Shown piece by piece: positions 9,557 to 19,432 of a stretch of 32,179 nt of DNA (the first letter of the stretch is position 1; the number at the start of each line of letters is the position of its first letter). The notes under the pieces are model-generated. The model ran no database searches and was not told the DNA's origin. It saw nothing but the letters and a program-made list of their open reading frames with translations. The stretch covers positions 1 to 32,179 of the forward strand of contig JAFGGO010000066.1 in NCBI GenBank assembly GCA_016930515.1. The letters are read 5' to 3'. The position numbers were made by a program, and so were the translations under genes. Origin of the DNA: Promethearchaeota archaeon (GTDB lineage: Archaea; Asgardarchaeota; Lokiarchaeia; Sigyniarchaeales; SOKP01).

Positions 9557-10129
9557 TTAGTTAATTTTTGAACCGCAATTTTCGCAAAAATTTGCGTTCA
9601 TAGCTAACTGATGCCCGCAATATACGCAAAAATTCTTGCCTTCTGAAGCGATTGGGGCAATGAGTTGTTTCGATGGAGGTTCAAATTCCTCGGACGGAAC
9701 ATACGATACGCTTTCACCAAGCATGATTTCTCCCGTGTCGGCGTTAAAGCGATATCTTATCTTACCGCTATTTCTTAAGGAAAGCAAGACTCTTAATACA
9801 TCCTTTGGTTTGATACCAACTTCTAAAGCGATATCTTCCAGCTTAAAGGTTCCCGTTCCGCGCTGGGTTATGGCAGCTTTTATAGCTCTTTTATAGGTCA
9901 CATTGGTGTAAATTTGTTGGAATCCCCCGATAAATATGAAAAAAGCGGGTATGAACAACCAATATCCCCAATAACGGAGTCCCATAAAATCAACGCTAAG
10001 CGAGTTGAAGACCAATGAAAGAATGGCGACAAACAAGAATGTCGATGCGCAACCAAACGATCCTGCAGCGGCCTCGTAGGATTTATTTGAATAATAGCGG
10101 TTTTTATACTTGTTATTTTCTTGTTCCAT
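9557..10129 (-). CDS. Membrane protein: 2 TM + winged helix + C-terminal zinc ribbon
   Basis: Two hydrophobic helices; LEDIALEVGIKPKDVLRVLLSLRNSGKI wHTH; FCVYCG..FCENCGSKI zinc ribbon. Confidence 0.8.
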   Translation of the reverse strand: MEQENNKYKNRYYSNKSYEAAAGSFGCASTFLFVAILSLVFNSLSVDFMGLRYWGYWLFIPAFFIFIGGFQQIYTNVTYKRAIKAAITQRGTGTFKLEDIALEVGIKPKDVLRVLLSLRNSGKIRYRFNADTGEIMLGESVSYVPSEEFEPPSKQLIAPIASEGKNFCVYCGHQLAMNANFCENCGSKIN

Positions 10130-10299
10130 TTTTTTTCGTTTTCATTTTGAATGATAATTATTTTATACTAAGAAAGGTGTATTTTAAAATCTAATCTATT
10201 AATATAAAAAATTAATTTTCAAACTTGTAGAGTCCAATTCTTGATTTAAATCGACATTTATCTTAATATAGAAAATAGAATAAATGAAAAAATAATTAA

Positions 10300-11154
10300 T
10301 TATATTTTCATGTAGATGTGATTTTTCGGATCGATTAACTTAAATTGCGAGCCTCCCGACTTCATTATCATTTCAGTCTTTCCCAAGACGAGTATACCAC
10401 CTTGTATCAAATGATTGGCCAAGTTTTGGAATACTTTTTGTTGGAAGTACTTGTTGAGGTAAATTAAAATGTTTCGACAAAAGATCACATCGTATTTATG
10501 GTTTATAGCATGCTTAGATGTTAAATCTTCTTCAATAAAGATTACTTTTTCTTTGATCTTCTTGCTGATCTTATACTGAAGACCATAAGCTGTTGATTTA
10601 GATTTAAAAAAAGGTCTGTAAATGTCTGGTAAGTCGTGTACGGAATATTCACAATAAACACCCCTTTTCGCCATCTGGAGCGCTTTGGAATCTAGATCGG
10701 ATGCAACGATTTCGAGATCAGGGACTTTAATTTTTATTTTTTTTAGATATTCAAAAAGCATTGCAATTGAATACGGTTCTTCTCCCGTTGAGCATGCAGC
10801 CGACCAAATGCGAATTAAATCGGGATTTTGAATCTTGGCTTTGTTCGATAAAAATAAGTTCTTAAGTTGCTGATAAACCTCATTGTTCCTGAAGAAGTAG
10901 GTGTAATTAATGGTAAAAAGATCGCTAAATTCGTTGAATTCAGCGGGATTCTTACAGACATGTTCCAAATAATCTTTATCAGACGATATATTCAAGCGAT
11001 ACATTCGCGCTTTAATGCGCCTTTCTAAAAAATCTCTCTTATAACATTCAAACTTTATTTTAGTAACTCTTCTAAGTTGGTCAATTATGTGTTCTATAGT
11101 AGATGGATCAAAATCAATTGATTTTAGGGAAAGTTCTGCATATGACATGATCAT
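10300..11154 (-). CDS. cheR: CheR-family protein-glutamate methyltransferase
   Basis: TINYTYFFRN, RIWSAACSTGEEPYSIAM, ASDLD, DVIFCRNILIY, GGILVLGKTE. Confidence 0.93.
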   Translation of the reverse strand: MIMSYAELSLKSIDFDPSTIEHIIDQLRRVTKIKFECYKRDFLERRIKARMYRLNISSDKDYLEHVCKNPAEFNEFSDLFTINYTYFFRNNEVYQQLKNLFLSNKAKIQNPDLIRIWSAACSTGEEPYSIAMLFEYLKKIKIKVPDLEIVASDLDSKALQMAKRGVYCEYSVHDLPDIYRPFFKSKSTAYGLQYKISKKIKEKVIFIEEDLTSKHAINHKYDVIFCRNILIYLNKYFQQKVFQNLANHLIQGGILVLGKTEMIMKSGGSQFKLIDPKNHIYMKI

Positions 11155-11759
11155 CTTTTGTTATAAGAAACTGGGTTTTTTTGTAAGAATAGGTGCATTT
11201 AATTAGCATGTCACTTGGTTTTTTACCAAGTCACGACCTTTTTTTACAATTTTGATAGTACTATTATAAATTCTCTTTTTTTAAATTTAACGATCGGGGT
11301 AAATTAGTTCTTTATTAATGATAAGAAAGCTCTTTTTTTGAGAAAGGATTTGTGGTAAAAAAGGATACATGCATTGATTGCATTTTTAAAAATCAATCAA
11401 ACGAAGATTTAGATAATTTAATATTTATTTCATCCAAATAAGATTTTTCTCGATTTTTATTGTTTGTTGTGCGATTGGTCGATCGAAAACGAAGAAACTT
11501 TAATAAAAATAAATATACCATGCTTTTCATCCATTTTCTAAGAATTTTGGGACGACCGTTGACAGGAAAAAATTACTTATTCTTATTCTAGTTTAGAGCC
11601 ATATAGAAAATACTTTTTTCTAACCAGGAACTGAATAACAAGATCAATAATAAATATTAATCCATTAACATATCATATAATAAATAGTGTTTTTTAGCTA
11701 GCAACAAGCGTTATTTTGCTTAAGCATATATATGAAAATTGTTATTATTGAGTAGGATT

Positions 11760-12326
11760 ATGTCGGCAACAAAAAAGTACAAAATATGTATATTTGGCGA
11801 TGGTGGCGTCGGAAAAACTACATTAACTCAACGATACCTCACAGGAGTATTTAAAGAGAAATACCAGCTTACCATTGGCATGGATTTTTACTTGAAAAAG
11901 CTGAATTTAAACGGTCAAGAAGTTTCACTCTACATATGGGATTTTGCCGGAGAAGAAAAGTTCCGTTTTCTAATGTCTGCTGCCCTCATGGGCGCACACG
12001 CCGTGATATTCGTGTACGACATCACGAGATATATCACATTAAAGAATTTGGAAAATTGGTTTTCTGTGTTTGCAGAGGCACGAGAAAAAGAAAGCCAAGA
12101 CATGATCGTTGTTGCGGTAGGATCCAAGTTAGACCTCGCAGAATTAAGAACCATTCCAAAGGAATCTGGCACGGAATTAATCGATAAATATGATCTAAAC
12201 GGCTGGATCGAGTGTTCCGCTAAGGACGGAACTAATGTAGAAAGAATCTTTGAGGAATTAACTCAAGGCTTACTTGAGCAAGAATCTTCTCGTAAAAAGA
12301 ATAAGAAAGTAATTTTTTTTGATTAG
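11760..12326 (+). CDS. Rab-like small GTPase
   Basis: GDGGVGKT, LTIGMDF, WDFAGEEKF, GSKLD, ECSAK; ATG 11760 preferred over the track's TTG 11739. Confidence 0.92.
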   Translation: MSATKKYKICIFGDGGVGKTTLTQRYLTGVFKEKYQLTIGMDFYLKKLNLNGQEVSLYIWDFAGEEKFRFLMSAALMGAHAVIFVYDITRYITLKNLENWFSVFAEAREKESQDMIVVAVGSKLDLAELRTIPKESGTELIDKYDLNGWIECSAKDGTNVERIFEELTQGLLEQESSRKKNKKVIFFD

Positions 12327-12330
12327 CGCT

Positions 12331-12858
12331 TCAACGATTGAGATTTTCCAAGTGTTTTTTTTTCAGCTTTTCCCAAATATTCAAGAGTTTTTTATATTCT
12401 CCAAACCTATTTAAATTTTCTTGTATGTTTGACCTGATCATATCATAACCATTTAACTTCTGAAGCTCTGTTTTATTATTTTCTAGATCTTGGCGCATTT
12501 CAAGGAGTTCTTCTTCCCACTTGAGATTTGATTTTACGAGGTTTATACCACGTGTAAACATTTCTAATTCGATCGATGGTATTGAATAGATAATTTCACC
12601 TTTCGAAGACTTTTTTATCACATGTACAAGATCCATTTCAACGAATCTATTTACAACTTGCGAAATCTTACCCGAAGAAAACCCCGTTAACTGTTTGATT
12701 TTTTTTTGGGTGAGATTCTTTCTCGTTAAAAAATATAACAAGATTTTTGAAGCGATTTGGTCCCGTCCGAGAGAGATAACTGAATTTAACAAGAGAGAGA
12801 CGATTTCTTTTTCAATTTCTTCTATTTTAGGATCAAAAGAGATTAATTCTTCTGTCAT
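12331..12858 (-). CDS. MarR/GbsR-like winged-helix transcriptional regulator
   Basis: LTQKKIKQLTGFSSGKISQVVNRFVEMDLV HTH, followed by a helical C-terminus. Confidence 0.8.
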   Translation of the reverse strand: MTEELISFDPKIEEIEKEIVSLLLNSVISLGRDQIASKILLYFLTRKNLTQKKIKQLTGFSSGKISQVVNRFVEMDLVHVIKKSSKGEIIYSIPSIELEMFTRGINLVKSNLKWEEELLEMRQDLENNKTELQKLNGYDMIRSNIQENLNRFGEYKKLLNIWEKLKKKHLENLNR

Positions 12859-13376
12859 TTCACTTCGTCGCTTGGTTTATTAAATATATTCTTGATTTCA
12901 GCCCATATTTTCGTTAAGAGATCTAAAACGGATATCAATTCTTCCATCCTACTAGAGAGCAATTCGCACCCCGATTTTCCATCTAGATTTGATAGTTTAA
13001 CCAATATTTGTTCCAAATCTTTTCTTATTTTAGGAAATTCGGTATAAGATAAATCGCCCACCTTAACATATATGCGTTCGTCGATTTGATATGCTTTTTC
13101 GTTTGAATTCTTCAACGGAATTTTTTTTATTACTCCCGATTTTACTAAAAAGTTTAGCTTTTTTGAAATGGTACCTTTAGAATAACTCGTCAGGTCTTTA
13201 ATTTGAGATTGCGTGAGTAACTTATGAATGCTCAAATAACCTAGTATTGTCTGAAGCTTGGAATCTGCGTTTTTTGCTTTTCCAGAGTCTAAATAGAATT
13301 TAATCAAGGTGTCTTGATAACTTCTCATCTTTCCTTTGAAAATATGATTTTCGATCTCTTTTTTTAAAATTACCAT
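12855..13376 (-). CDS. MarR/GbsR-like winged-helix regulator (tandem paralog)
   Basis: LTQSQIKDLTSYSKGTISKKLNFLVKSGVI; ATG 13376 lies about 26 nt after BRE/TATA GAAAAGCCTTTTATATA. Confidence 0.8.
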   Translation of the reverse strand: MVILKKEIENHIFKGKMRSYQDTLIKFYLDSGKAKNADSKLQTILGYLSIHKLLTQSQIKDLTSYSKGTISKKLNFLVKSGVIKKIPLKNSNEKAYQIDERIYVKVGDLSYTEFPKIRKDLEQILVKLSNLDGKSGCELLSSRMEELISVLDLLTKIWAEIKNIFNKPSDEVK

Positions 13377-13422
13377 TCCTATAGATAATATAATGCCTAA
13401 GGTATATAAAAGGCTTTTCATC

Positions 13423-13502
13423 TTTCATGAGGAATGAATAAGACTTAAATATGCATTTTTCTATTAATATATTAGAAGGTTTATTTTTCATGAAAAGTGA
13501 AT
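13423..13502. promoter_or_regulatory. Two candidate operators TTTCATGA-N4-TGAAT (TTCA-N7-TGAA dyad)
   Basis: tttcatgaggaatgaat at 13423-13439 and tttcatgaaaagtgaat at 13486-13502, in the divergent regulator/ABC intergenic region. Confidence 0.55.
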
Positions 13503-13524
13503 CTTAATATAATAGTGAGAAAAA

Positions 13525-14493
13525 ATGAATACAATCGAAGTAAGAAACCTTGTTAAATATTACAACAGAGGTAAGGTAAAGGCTGTAGACGACATTTCTT
13601 TTGATGTCCCGGAAGGTTCTCGTTTTGGTTTTTTAGGTCCGAATGGTGCGGGAAAGACTACGACCATCCGTTGTTTGTTAGGCTTGCTTCAGAAAACAGC
13701 CGGAGAAGTAACCATATTTGGAAAGCCCGTGAATCCAACCAAGGAAGTTTATTTTCGCAATCGCGTTGGATACCTCCCAGGAGAGCTAGGACTTTACAAG
13801 CAAATGACGGGATTCCAATTAGTTGAGTATTTTTCAAAACTATACGATGTCGATATCGATAGAATTTTCATTAAGGATGTTGCCGAACGTCTCCAAATAG
13901 ACATGGAGAGAAAAATGGGTGTCTTGAGCAAGGGAAATAAGCAAAAAATTGGAGTTTTAACTGCCTTAATGGGGAAGTTCGACTTGCTCGTAATGGACGA
14001 GCCTACATCCGGATTGGATCCGCTCATGCAATCTGAGTTCTATAATATCGTTTCAGAACGGCAAAAAGAATCTAATTGCACGGTTTTCGTGTCAAGCCAT
14101 GTCCTTCCTGAAGTTGAGAAGTTTTGCGATAAAGTTGCTATTATCAAAAATGGAAAAATTATAGAAATATCTGATATACAAAACCTCAAGGCAAAAAGCT
14201 TGAAAAATATTGAATTGGATTTTTTTACGGGTAAAAGTAAGGAATCGTTTGTTTTGTATTTAAAAACTACCTTTCCTAATGTCATTATTCAAACTCAATA
14301 CGAAACGCAAGTATCATTTTTGCTTTCTCCAGCAGAAACCTTAAAGATTCTTCGAGAGATAAGCGATCGTGAATGGGAGGGCGCTCCGATACGGGATGTG
14401 CTCATCAAACATTCTAGTTTAGAAAACATTTTTATGGAATATTACAAGGATGAGAATAATAATCAAAAAATCATGGGAGGGGGGACTCTGTGA
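13525..14493 (+). CDS. ABC transporter ATP-binding protein
   Basis: GPNGAGKT, LSKGN, MDEPTSGLD, SSH. Confidence 0.95.
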   Translation: MNTIEVRNLVKYYNRGKVKAVDDISFDVPEGSRFGFLGPNGAGKTTTIRCLLGLLQKTAGEVTIFGKPVNPTKEVYFRNRVGYLPGELGLYKQMTGFQLVEYFSKLYDVDIDRIFIKDVAERLQIDMERKMGVLSKGNKQKIGVLTALMGKFDLLVMDEPTSGLDPLMQSEFYNIVSERQKESNCTVFVSSHVLPEVEKFCDKVAIIKNGKIIEISDIQNLKAKSLKNIELDFFTGKSKESFVLYLKTTFPNVIIQTQYETQVSFLLSPAETLKILREISDREWEGAPIRDVLIKHSSLENIFMEYYKDENNNQKIMGGGTL

Positions 14494-15377
14494 AAAAATT
14501 TCGATATAAAGACACACATGACCGATCTACAACGATAAATTTTTCAATTTTGGGAAACGTTAAAAAACCCGCAAGAATCGCTTGGACCGAGCTCGTAAAC
14601 GCCAAGAAAGGAATTATATTATACGCCGTGCTCATGTTTTTGTTTATCATGTGGTTCATGACTATCTTCGATCCCGACCTTTTTTCTGGTTTTGAATCGA
14701 TTTACTCCGACTTTCCCGAAGTCATTCTTGAAATGATCGGAGGTCAACTCGTACTTGCAGAATTTGGAGGTTTTGCGAATACTTACATATTTTCATTTGC
14801 TTGGATGTATTTTGGAATTTATTTAATACTAAGAGCGTCCCAAGACATACCAAAAGAGATCGAGAATAAGACGATTGATATCGTCCTTTCAAAACCCATC
14901 AAACGTTGGCATTTTATAGCGGGAAAGTACTTGCACCATATCATCGTAGCACTGATAATTACTATTGCCGTGGCCTTTGGAGCGCTCGTTGGAATGATTA
15001 GCATCAAGGCAAATTTCGATTTGGAAATCAATGTGGCAGAGATTTTCACGGGAATTCTTTGGATGTTCTTCTTCCTGCTTGCCATTGTTAGTACGGGTTT
15101 TTTCTTCTCAACATTCTTAAACACGAAATTATCCTTAGCAGTGAGCTTTGGAGGTATGATCCTTTTTTACATCATAGGAACAATGGTAGGGATGTTTCCT
15201 GAGGCAATTCAAGATATTAAATATATGAGTTTTTTCTATTATTTCAATCCTGCCGACCTCCTTATAAATCACGACTCGAGCTTTGTAGGCTTCTATATAT
15301 TCGTTCTTTTTGCGTATTCCATTGTTTTAACAATAATCGCAACCATCATTTTTAATAAAAGAGATATTCCTGTTTAA
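14490..15377 (+). CDS. ABC-2 type transporter permease
   Basis: About 6 TM; EIENKTIDIVLSKPIKR..GKY; ends FNKRDI; GTG start after GGAGG, overlapping the ATPase stop. Confidence 0.92.
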   Translation: MKKFRYKDTHDRSTTINFSILGNVKKPARIAWTELVNAKKGIILYAVLMFLFIMWFMTIFDPDLFSGFESIYSDFPEVILEMIGGQLVLAEFGGFANTYIFSFAWMYFGIYLILRASQDIPKEIENKTIDIVLSKPIKRWHFIAGKYLHHIIVALIITIAVAFGALVGMISIKANFDLEINVAEIFTGILWMFFFLLAIVSTGFFFSTFLNTKLSLAVSFGGMILFYIIGTMVGMFPEAIQDIKYMSFFYYFNPADLLINHDSSFVGFYIFVLFAYSIVLTIIATIIFNKRDIPV

Positions 15378-15485
15378 AATCTTTTTTTATCCTATTTTTA
15401 TTAAAAGTTATATATTGTTGGATGTTATTAGAATATTTAATTAAGAAACTTAATACAATTCTTTTAAAGTAGAGAGGAGATAAAC

Positions 15486-16196
15486 ACGCAATATATTGGA
15501 AATTTAGGATTATTAACTCTTATTCTCATAAGTGTCGTATATTCAGCTTGTTTTTTGTACTCGCTAAAATCCCAGGTCAAGAGCGCTGATAAAACTAAAA
15601 TATTTCTAATGATGTGGAGTATGGCAGTTGCAATCACATATATCCCATGGATATTAAGAATTGCATTACTTGATGTCTATGAAACGAATACCGCTCTATT
15701 ATATCCTTATTGGGCACTTTGTTATGCAATGGGCGCATTAGCGCTAATTTCACTGGATATGGCCGTTTTAAACCTTAGCTCTAGTCATGGATCTTTGTTT
15801 TTCAAGGTTCTTTTCGTAATCATCCCCTTATCTTTCGCAAGTGTTATAATCGTCTTGATAATGGGATTTCAGGTAGATTTGGTTTTATTCATGGGCGTGA
15901 ACGACCTTAAGATTGGAAATGTAATCGTTTATATTTACTTCATCGTTCTTATCGTGTTTTATATTGCCCTCCCTAACGCGATTTTTATAAATTTTTTAAT
16001 CAAGGAACGATCTCAAAAGACTTTTGCGTATAAACGAGTAAGAATAATCGAGATAGGGGTTTTAATGTTCTCAATAGGGATAGCGCTCGATGGAATGAGA
16101 CTTCCAAGCGATATAGGCATATTCATTGCGAGAGTAATACTTCTTATGGGTGGATTATTTGTAGCAAGGGGTTTTTTCATGCAGCAAGAAACCTGA
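15486..16196 (+). CDS. Seven-TM membrane protein (HisKA_7TM-like, standalone); track start 15555, proposed ACG start 15486
   Basis: Six TM in the track ORF plus an in-frame upstream helix LGLLTLILISVVYSACFLY; GAGGAG lies 6 nt before the ACG. Confidence 0.75.
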   Translation, partial: TQYIGNLGLLTLILISVVYSACFLYSLKSQVKSADKTKIFLMMWSMAVAITYIPWILRIALLDVYETNTALLYPYWALCYAMGALALISLDMAVLNLSSSHGSLFFKVLFVIIPLSFASVIIVLIMGFQVDLVLFMGVNDLKIGNVIVYIYFIVLIVFYIALPNAIFINFLIKERSQKTFAYKRVRIIEIGVLMFSIGIALDGMRLPSDIGIFIARVILLMGGLFVARGFFMQQET

Positions 16197-16253
16197 GTCA
16201 TTATATTTTTTACGTTATACCTTTTTTTTTTTATTTTGTCATGTTTTAATCCT

Positions 16254-17441
16254 TTAAGTGCTCTTTAATTTTTTACTGTTAATAAGATAAACCAGTGCGA
16301 ATAACCCAGTAAAGAAACTCATGACGATAAAACCTGAAAAATTAGGGAGGTTCGCCAAGAATCCGGCAAAAATGGGGCCAAGCCAAAAGCCAAAACCACT
16401 TGCAGATTCAAAAAAGGTCGTACCTTTCATGTTTTTGTTCTGTATGTTTTTTAGAATGCTTAATTTAAAACCATAACTGTAAAGAATCGCAAGAGACATT
16501 CCAAAAAGAGCCAGTATTATTACATAGATTAAGAAATTATCAATCAATCCAAATATTGAAAATATGCTTATCATGATTAATATTACCGGTGGTATCGATT
16601 TTCTCAAGGTTTTTATTGATAAAGACATTACTAAGTAAATTGTAATGGTTTGCACGAGTGTTCGAACAAAATTGAGTAAGTATGACACATAGTCAGGATA
16701 ATTCAGGTTATTTAGCTTGATCGGATAAAGTATACCAAAACTTCCGCTTAAAAAAGCAAATAAAAACATTAACGAGAAGAAAACTGTCATTGGAATAATC
16801 AATTGTTTTAAATTATTTTTGGAAAGCGTTTCGTCCATTAAAAGATCTTGAGGATTTACTCCGTTGATGTTTTCAAAGATAATAGCTAAGACGACCATTG
16901 AAATAGAATAAATTAAAGACAAATCAAAGACAAGGAGTAAATCTGAAAGGAAGAATAGTAAAATCGCGCATATAGAATACCCAAAAATCCCACCTAAATT
17001 CCAAGATAATCCATAGAGCTTATCCAAGGCCCTTTTTTTTTTCTCATCGTCTCGTATGTGGTCTTTGGTCAAGAGAGAAGTGTGAGCGCTTGCTATTATT
17101 GGCCAAAAAAGCCCCAAGAATAGACCGTCTAAAAATAGAAAGGCATATGTCAAGCCCCAGCATTCCAAGGAAAATTGCAAGCCTATTTGAACGACCAACA
17201 TTCCAAGGGTTGCTATTAAGAGGCTGTTTTTAATCCCGATTTTTTTATAGGCGTTGCGAAATAAAAACGGAGAAAATAAATACGACAAGGCCGTCGCCGC
17301 AGTAAGGAATCCAATTAGTCCACCGTCCAATTTTCCGTTATAATAGAGTGGTATTGCCAAACTTATTCCAAAACTGCTCGCAGCCCTAAAAAACTGCAAG
17401 CCAAGAAAGGGAATGAGCCTGTATTTATAGCGTGCTTTCAT
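16254..17441 (-). CDS. MFS transporter
   Basis: About 12 hydrophobic helices in two halves, 395 aa; GFGFWLGPIFAG-type motif. Confidence 0.85.
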   Translation of the reverse strand: MKARYKYRLIPFLGLQFFRAASSFGISLAIPLYYNGKLDGGLIGFLTAATALSYLFSPFLFRNAYKKIGIKNSLLIATLGMLVVQIGLQFSLECWGLTYAFLFLDGLFLGLFWPIIASAHTSLLTKDHIRDDEKKKRALDKLYGLSWNLGGIFGYSICAILLFFLSDLLLVFDLSLIYSISMVVLAIIFENINGVNPQDLLMDETLSKNNLKQLIIPMTVFFSLMFLFAFLSGSFGILYPIKLNNLNYPDYVSYLLNFVRTLVQTITIYLVMSLSIKTLRKSIPPVILIMISIFSIFGLIDNFLIYVIILALFGMSLAILYSYGFKLSILKNIQNKNMKGTTFFESASGFGFWLGPIFAGFLANLPNFSGFIVMSFFTGLFALVYLINSKKLKST

Positions 17442-17678
17442 TATCGGAACGATATCTGTTTAATTAGGAGAATGTGTAATAGAAGTTAAAGCTTATGTTA
17501 GGATTTTTTGGAGATTACGCTTGGAAAATAAATCGAGACAATGCAATCTTTTATCTCGTAATGCGAATAAAGTTTATCTTTAAAGAATTGTTTTCTTAAT
17601 AGATCATTAATGATTGAACGAACTCTTTGATCCGTATTTTAATTGAACACGATGGTAATCTAAAGGTATAAAACAATC

Positions 17679-18431
17679 ATGAACGCAATTGATGAATCTA
17701 CAATAAAACGATTAAATTCTCGTTCCTTCAAGGGAATTATATTTGATTTCGATGGTACCTTGTTGGATATTAAAAATGCCATGGTAAAAGCTATCGAAGA
17801 GATTTTTGCAGAAAATAAAATTGATTTTGAACCCGAAGCATCTTTGCAAGAGATTGGAGCACTTCTTGAAACGCTACAAGGATACCCTCTTCCCAAGATC
17901 GTATTAAACTCGTACGAAATCTTCAAGTATATAACAACTTTTAAAGATATAACTTATATAAAAAAAATCTTAATCAGCACTAAAATCTTTGCTAAATATC
18001 TTGAATACGCACGCCAAGCGCCTTTAGTACCAGGAGCACGAGAGCTGCTCGAAATTTTAAAAAATAAACTTGGCTGCGACCTTTTTATTATATCGCATAA
18101 CAAGAAAGAAAACCTTCTTTTTCACTTGGATAAATATGGGATATTGAATTATTTTAAAGGTGTATTTGGAACAGACGACCTTCCCGCGTTAAAACCAGAC
18201 CCTCAATCCCTAGAACCCGCCATTAAAGAATATCCCATTAGCGTCAAGAGGAGCGAATTCGTGATGATAGGAGACATGCCAACGGATATTCAAGCAGGAC
18301 GAGAAGCAGGATTTCAAACGATTGCCTTAGCAAGTGGTATTAGCAACAGAAATGTATTATTAAATTCCCGACCTAACCTTATAGTAAATACTTTAACGGA
18401 ATTGATTGATTTAATAAACGCAAGTAAATAG
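17679..18431 (+). CDS. HAD-superfamily phosphatase (phosphoglycolate phosphatase-like)
   Basis: Motif I FDFDGTL, II ISHN, III KPDP, IV IGDMPTD. Confidence 0.92.
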   Translation: MNAIDESTIKRLNSRSFKGIIFDFDGTLLDIKNAMVKAIEEIFAENKIDFEPEASLQEIGALLETLQGYPLPKIVLNSYEIFKYITTFKDITYIKKILISTKIFAKYLEYARQAPLVPGARELLEILKNKLGCDLFIISHNKKENLLFHLDKYGILNYFKGVFGTDDLPALKPDPQSLEPAIKEYPISVKRSEFVMIGDMPTDIQAGREAGFQTIALASGISNRNVLLNSRPNLIVNTLTELIDLINASK

Positions 18432-18553
18432 AAAATCGAGAAAGGAAATCTACAACTCGATTTGGAAATGAAATTAGAAATCCTTCTCTAGGTCTTTATA
18501 TAAATAATGCTAACATTTAGAAATAATAAGATTTCAGTTTGAACCAAATATAA

Positions 18554-18568
18554 TTTTTTATTTAAATA
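18554..18568 (+). promoter_or_regulatory. T-tract/TATA promoter element TTTTTTATTTAAATA
   Basis: About 50 nt before ATG 18618; shared motif class (see findings). Confidence 0.55.
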
Positions 18569-18617
18569 AAATAAAAATACTTAATGTTAACTAAATCGCT
18601 AAGCGTGAAAAAATTCA

Positions 18618-19313
18618 ATGGTAGATAGGCACGATTATCCCTTTTTTGGCCAAACCACGGGAATGATAGTATCCAGCAATTCAAGATCCGAACCTTATAT
18701 GTTTCTTAAATGTATAAAAAAGAAACAAGATGGATCGTGGGAAAAGGCATCTTTAGGAGAAGGCAAGACTGTAAAATTTTCCTTAGAAGAAATGATGGAG
18801 ATCGTGGATCTTTTCAAGGGAAACGCTGATAAATGGAGTGGATTTCACGATTTCAACGGAGAAAAAACCCAGATTTCCATCAATTGGGAAAATGGGGAAA
18901 AGAAGAATGTATGGGTAAAAATTAATTCATACGCAAGGAGATTTCAAGGCGGACAGATGGGCGTGTTCAGGGATTTATTGGCACACATCCTCGATGAAAA
19001 GATCGCTCACGCAACCGTCATGAGCGTTCAAAGAGAACGAATTAAGGAAGAGCTTACCATAGATTCAGATTCGAGTCCAATAAACACCAAGATTAAATCT
19101 AATAACGATTTGGTTGATCAGAACGACGAAAAGATAAAAGTCAAAGGTAAGATAAATGGTCAGACGGATAAAGCGCTCCTAATCGTGTTTTTAAATGGGC
19201 AAGAATCGTGGATTCCTAAGTCCTCAATAGCATCAAGATTGGAAGAGAACTCCGACGCATTTCAAGAGTTAATCGTTGATTCCTGGGTACTCAAAAAAAA
19301 TAAAGTTATATGA
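18618..19313 (+). CDS. Putative Whirly/PC4-like ssDNA-binding protein with C-terminal small beta-barrel
   Basis: Order YPFFG..MFL..GSWEK..KFSLEEM..GFHD..VFRDLL resembles the Whirly pattern; C-terminal TDKALLI..WIPKS..DSWVL domain. Pattern recognition only. Confidence 0.55.
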   Translation: MVDRHDYPFFGQTTGMIVSSNSRSEPYMFLKCIKKKQDGSWEKASLGEGKTVKFSLEEMMEIVDLFKGNADKWSGFHDFNGEKTQISINWENGEKKNVWVKINSYARRFQGGQMGVFRDLLAHILDEKIAHATVMSVQRERIKEELTIDSDSSPINTKIKSNNDLVDQNDEKIKVKGKINGQTDKALLIVFLNGQESWIPKSSIASRLEENSDAFQELIVDSWVLKKNKVI

Positions 19314-19367
19314 TCCTCTTTTTCATTTTTGATAGTATATTATCACCATTATTTCTTTTACAATTCA

Positions 19368-19382
19368 TTTTTTATTTAAATT
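19368..19382 (+). promoter_or_regulatory. T-tract/TATA promoter element TTTTTTATTTAAATT
   Basis: About 50 nt before ATG 19433. Confidence 0.5.
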
Positions 19383-19432
19383 AAACCAAATGAAAATAAG
19401 GCTATAGTATATGAAATATATTTTAATGCATC

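Noticed and set aside
18429-18491. In-frame codons after the HAD gene TAG (possible readthrough/pyrrolysine)
   Set aside because: The HAD domain is already complete, and the extension is short and ends in another TAG; expected by chance.
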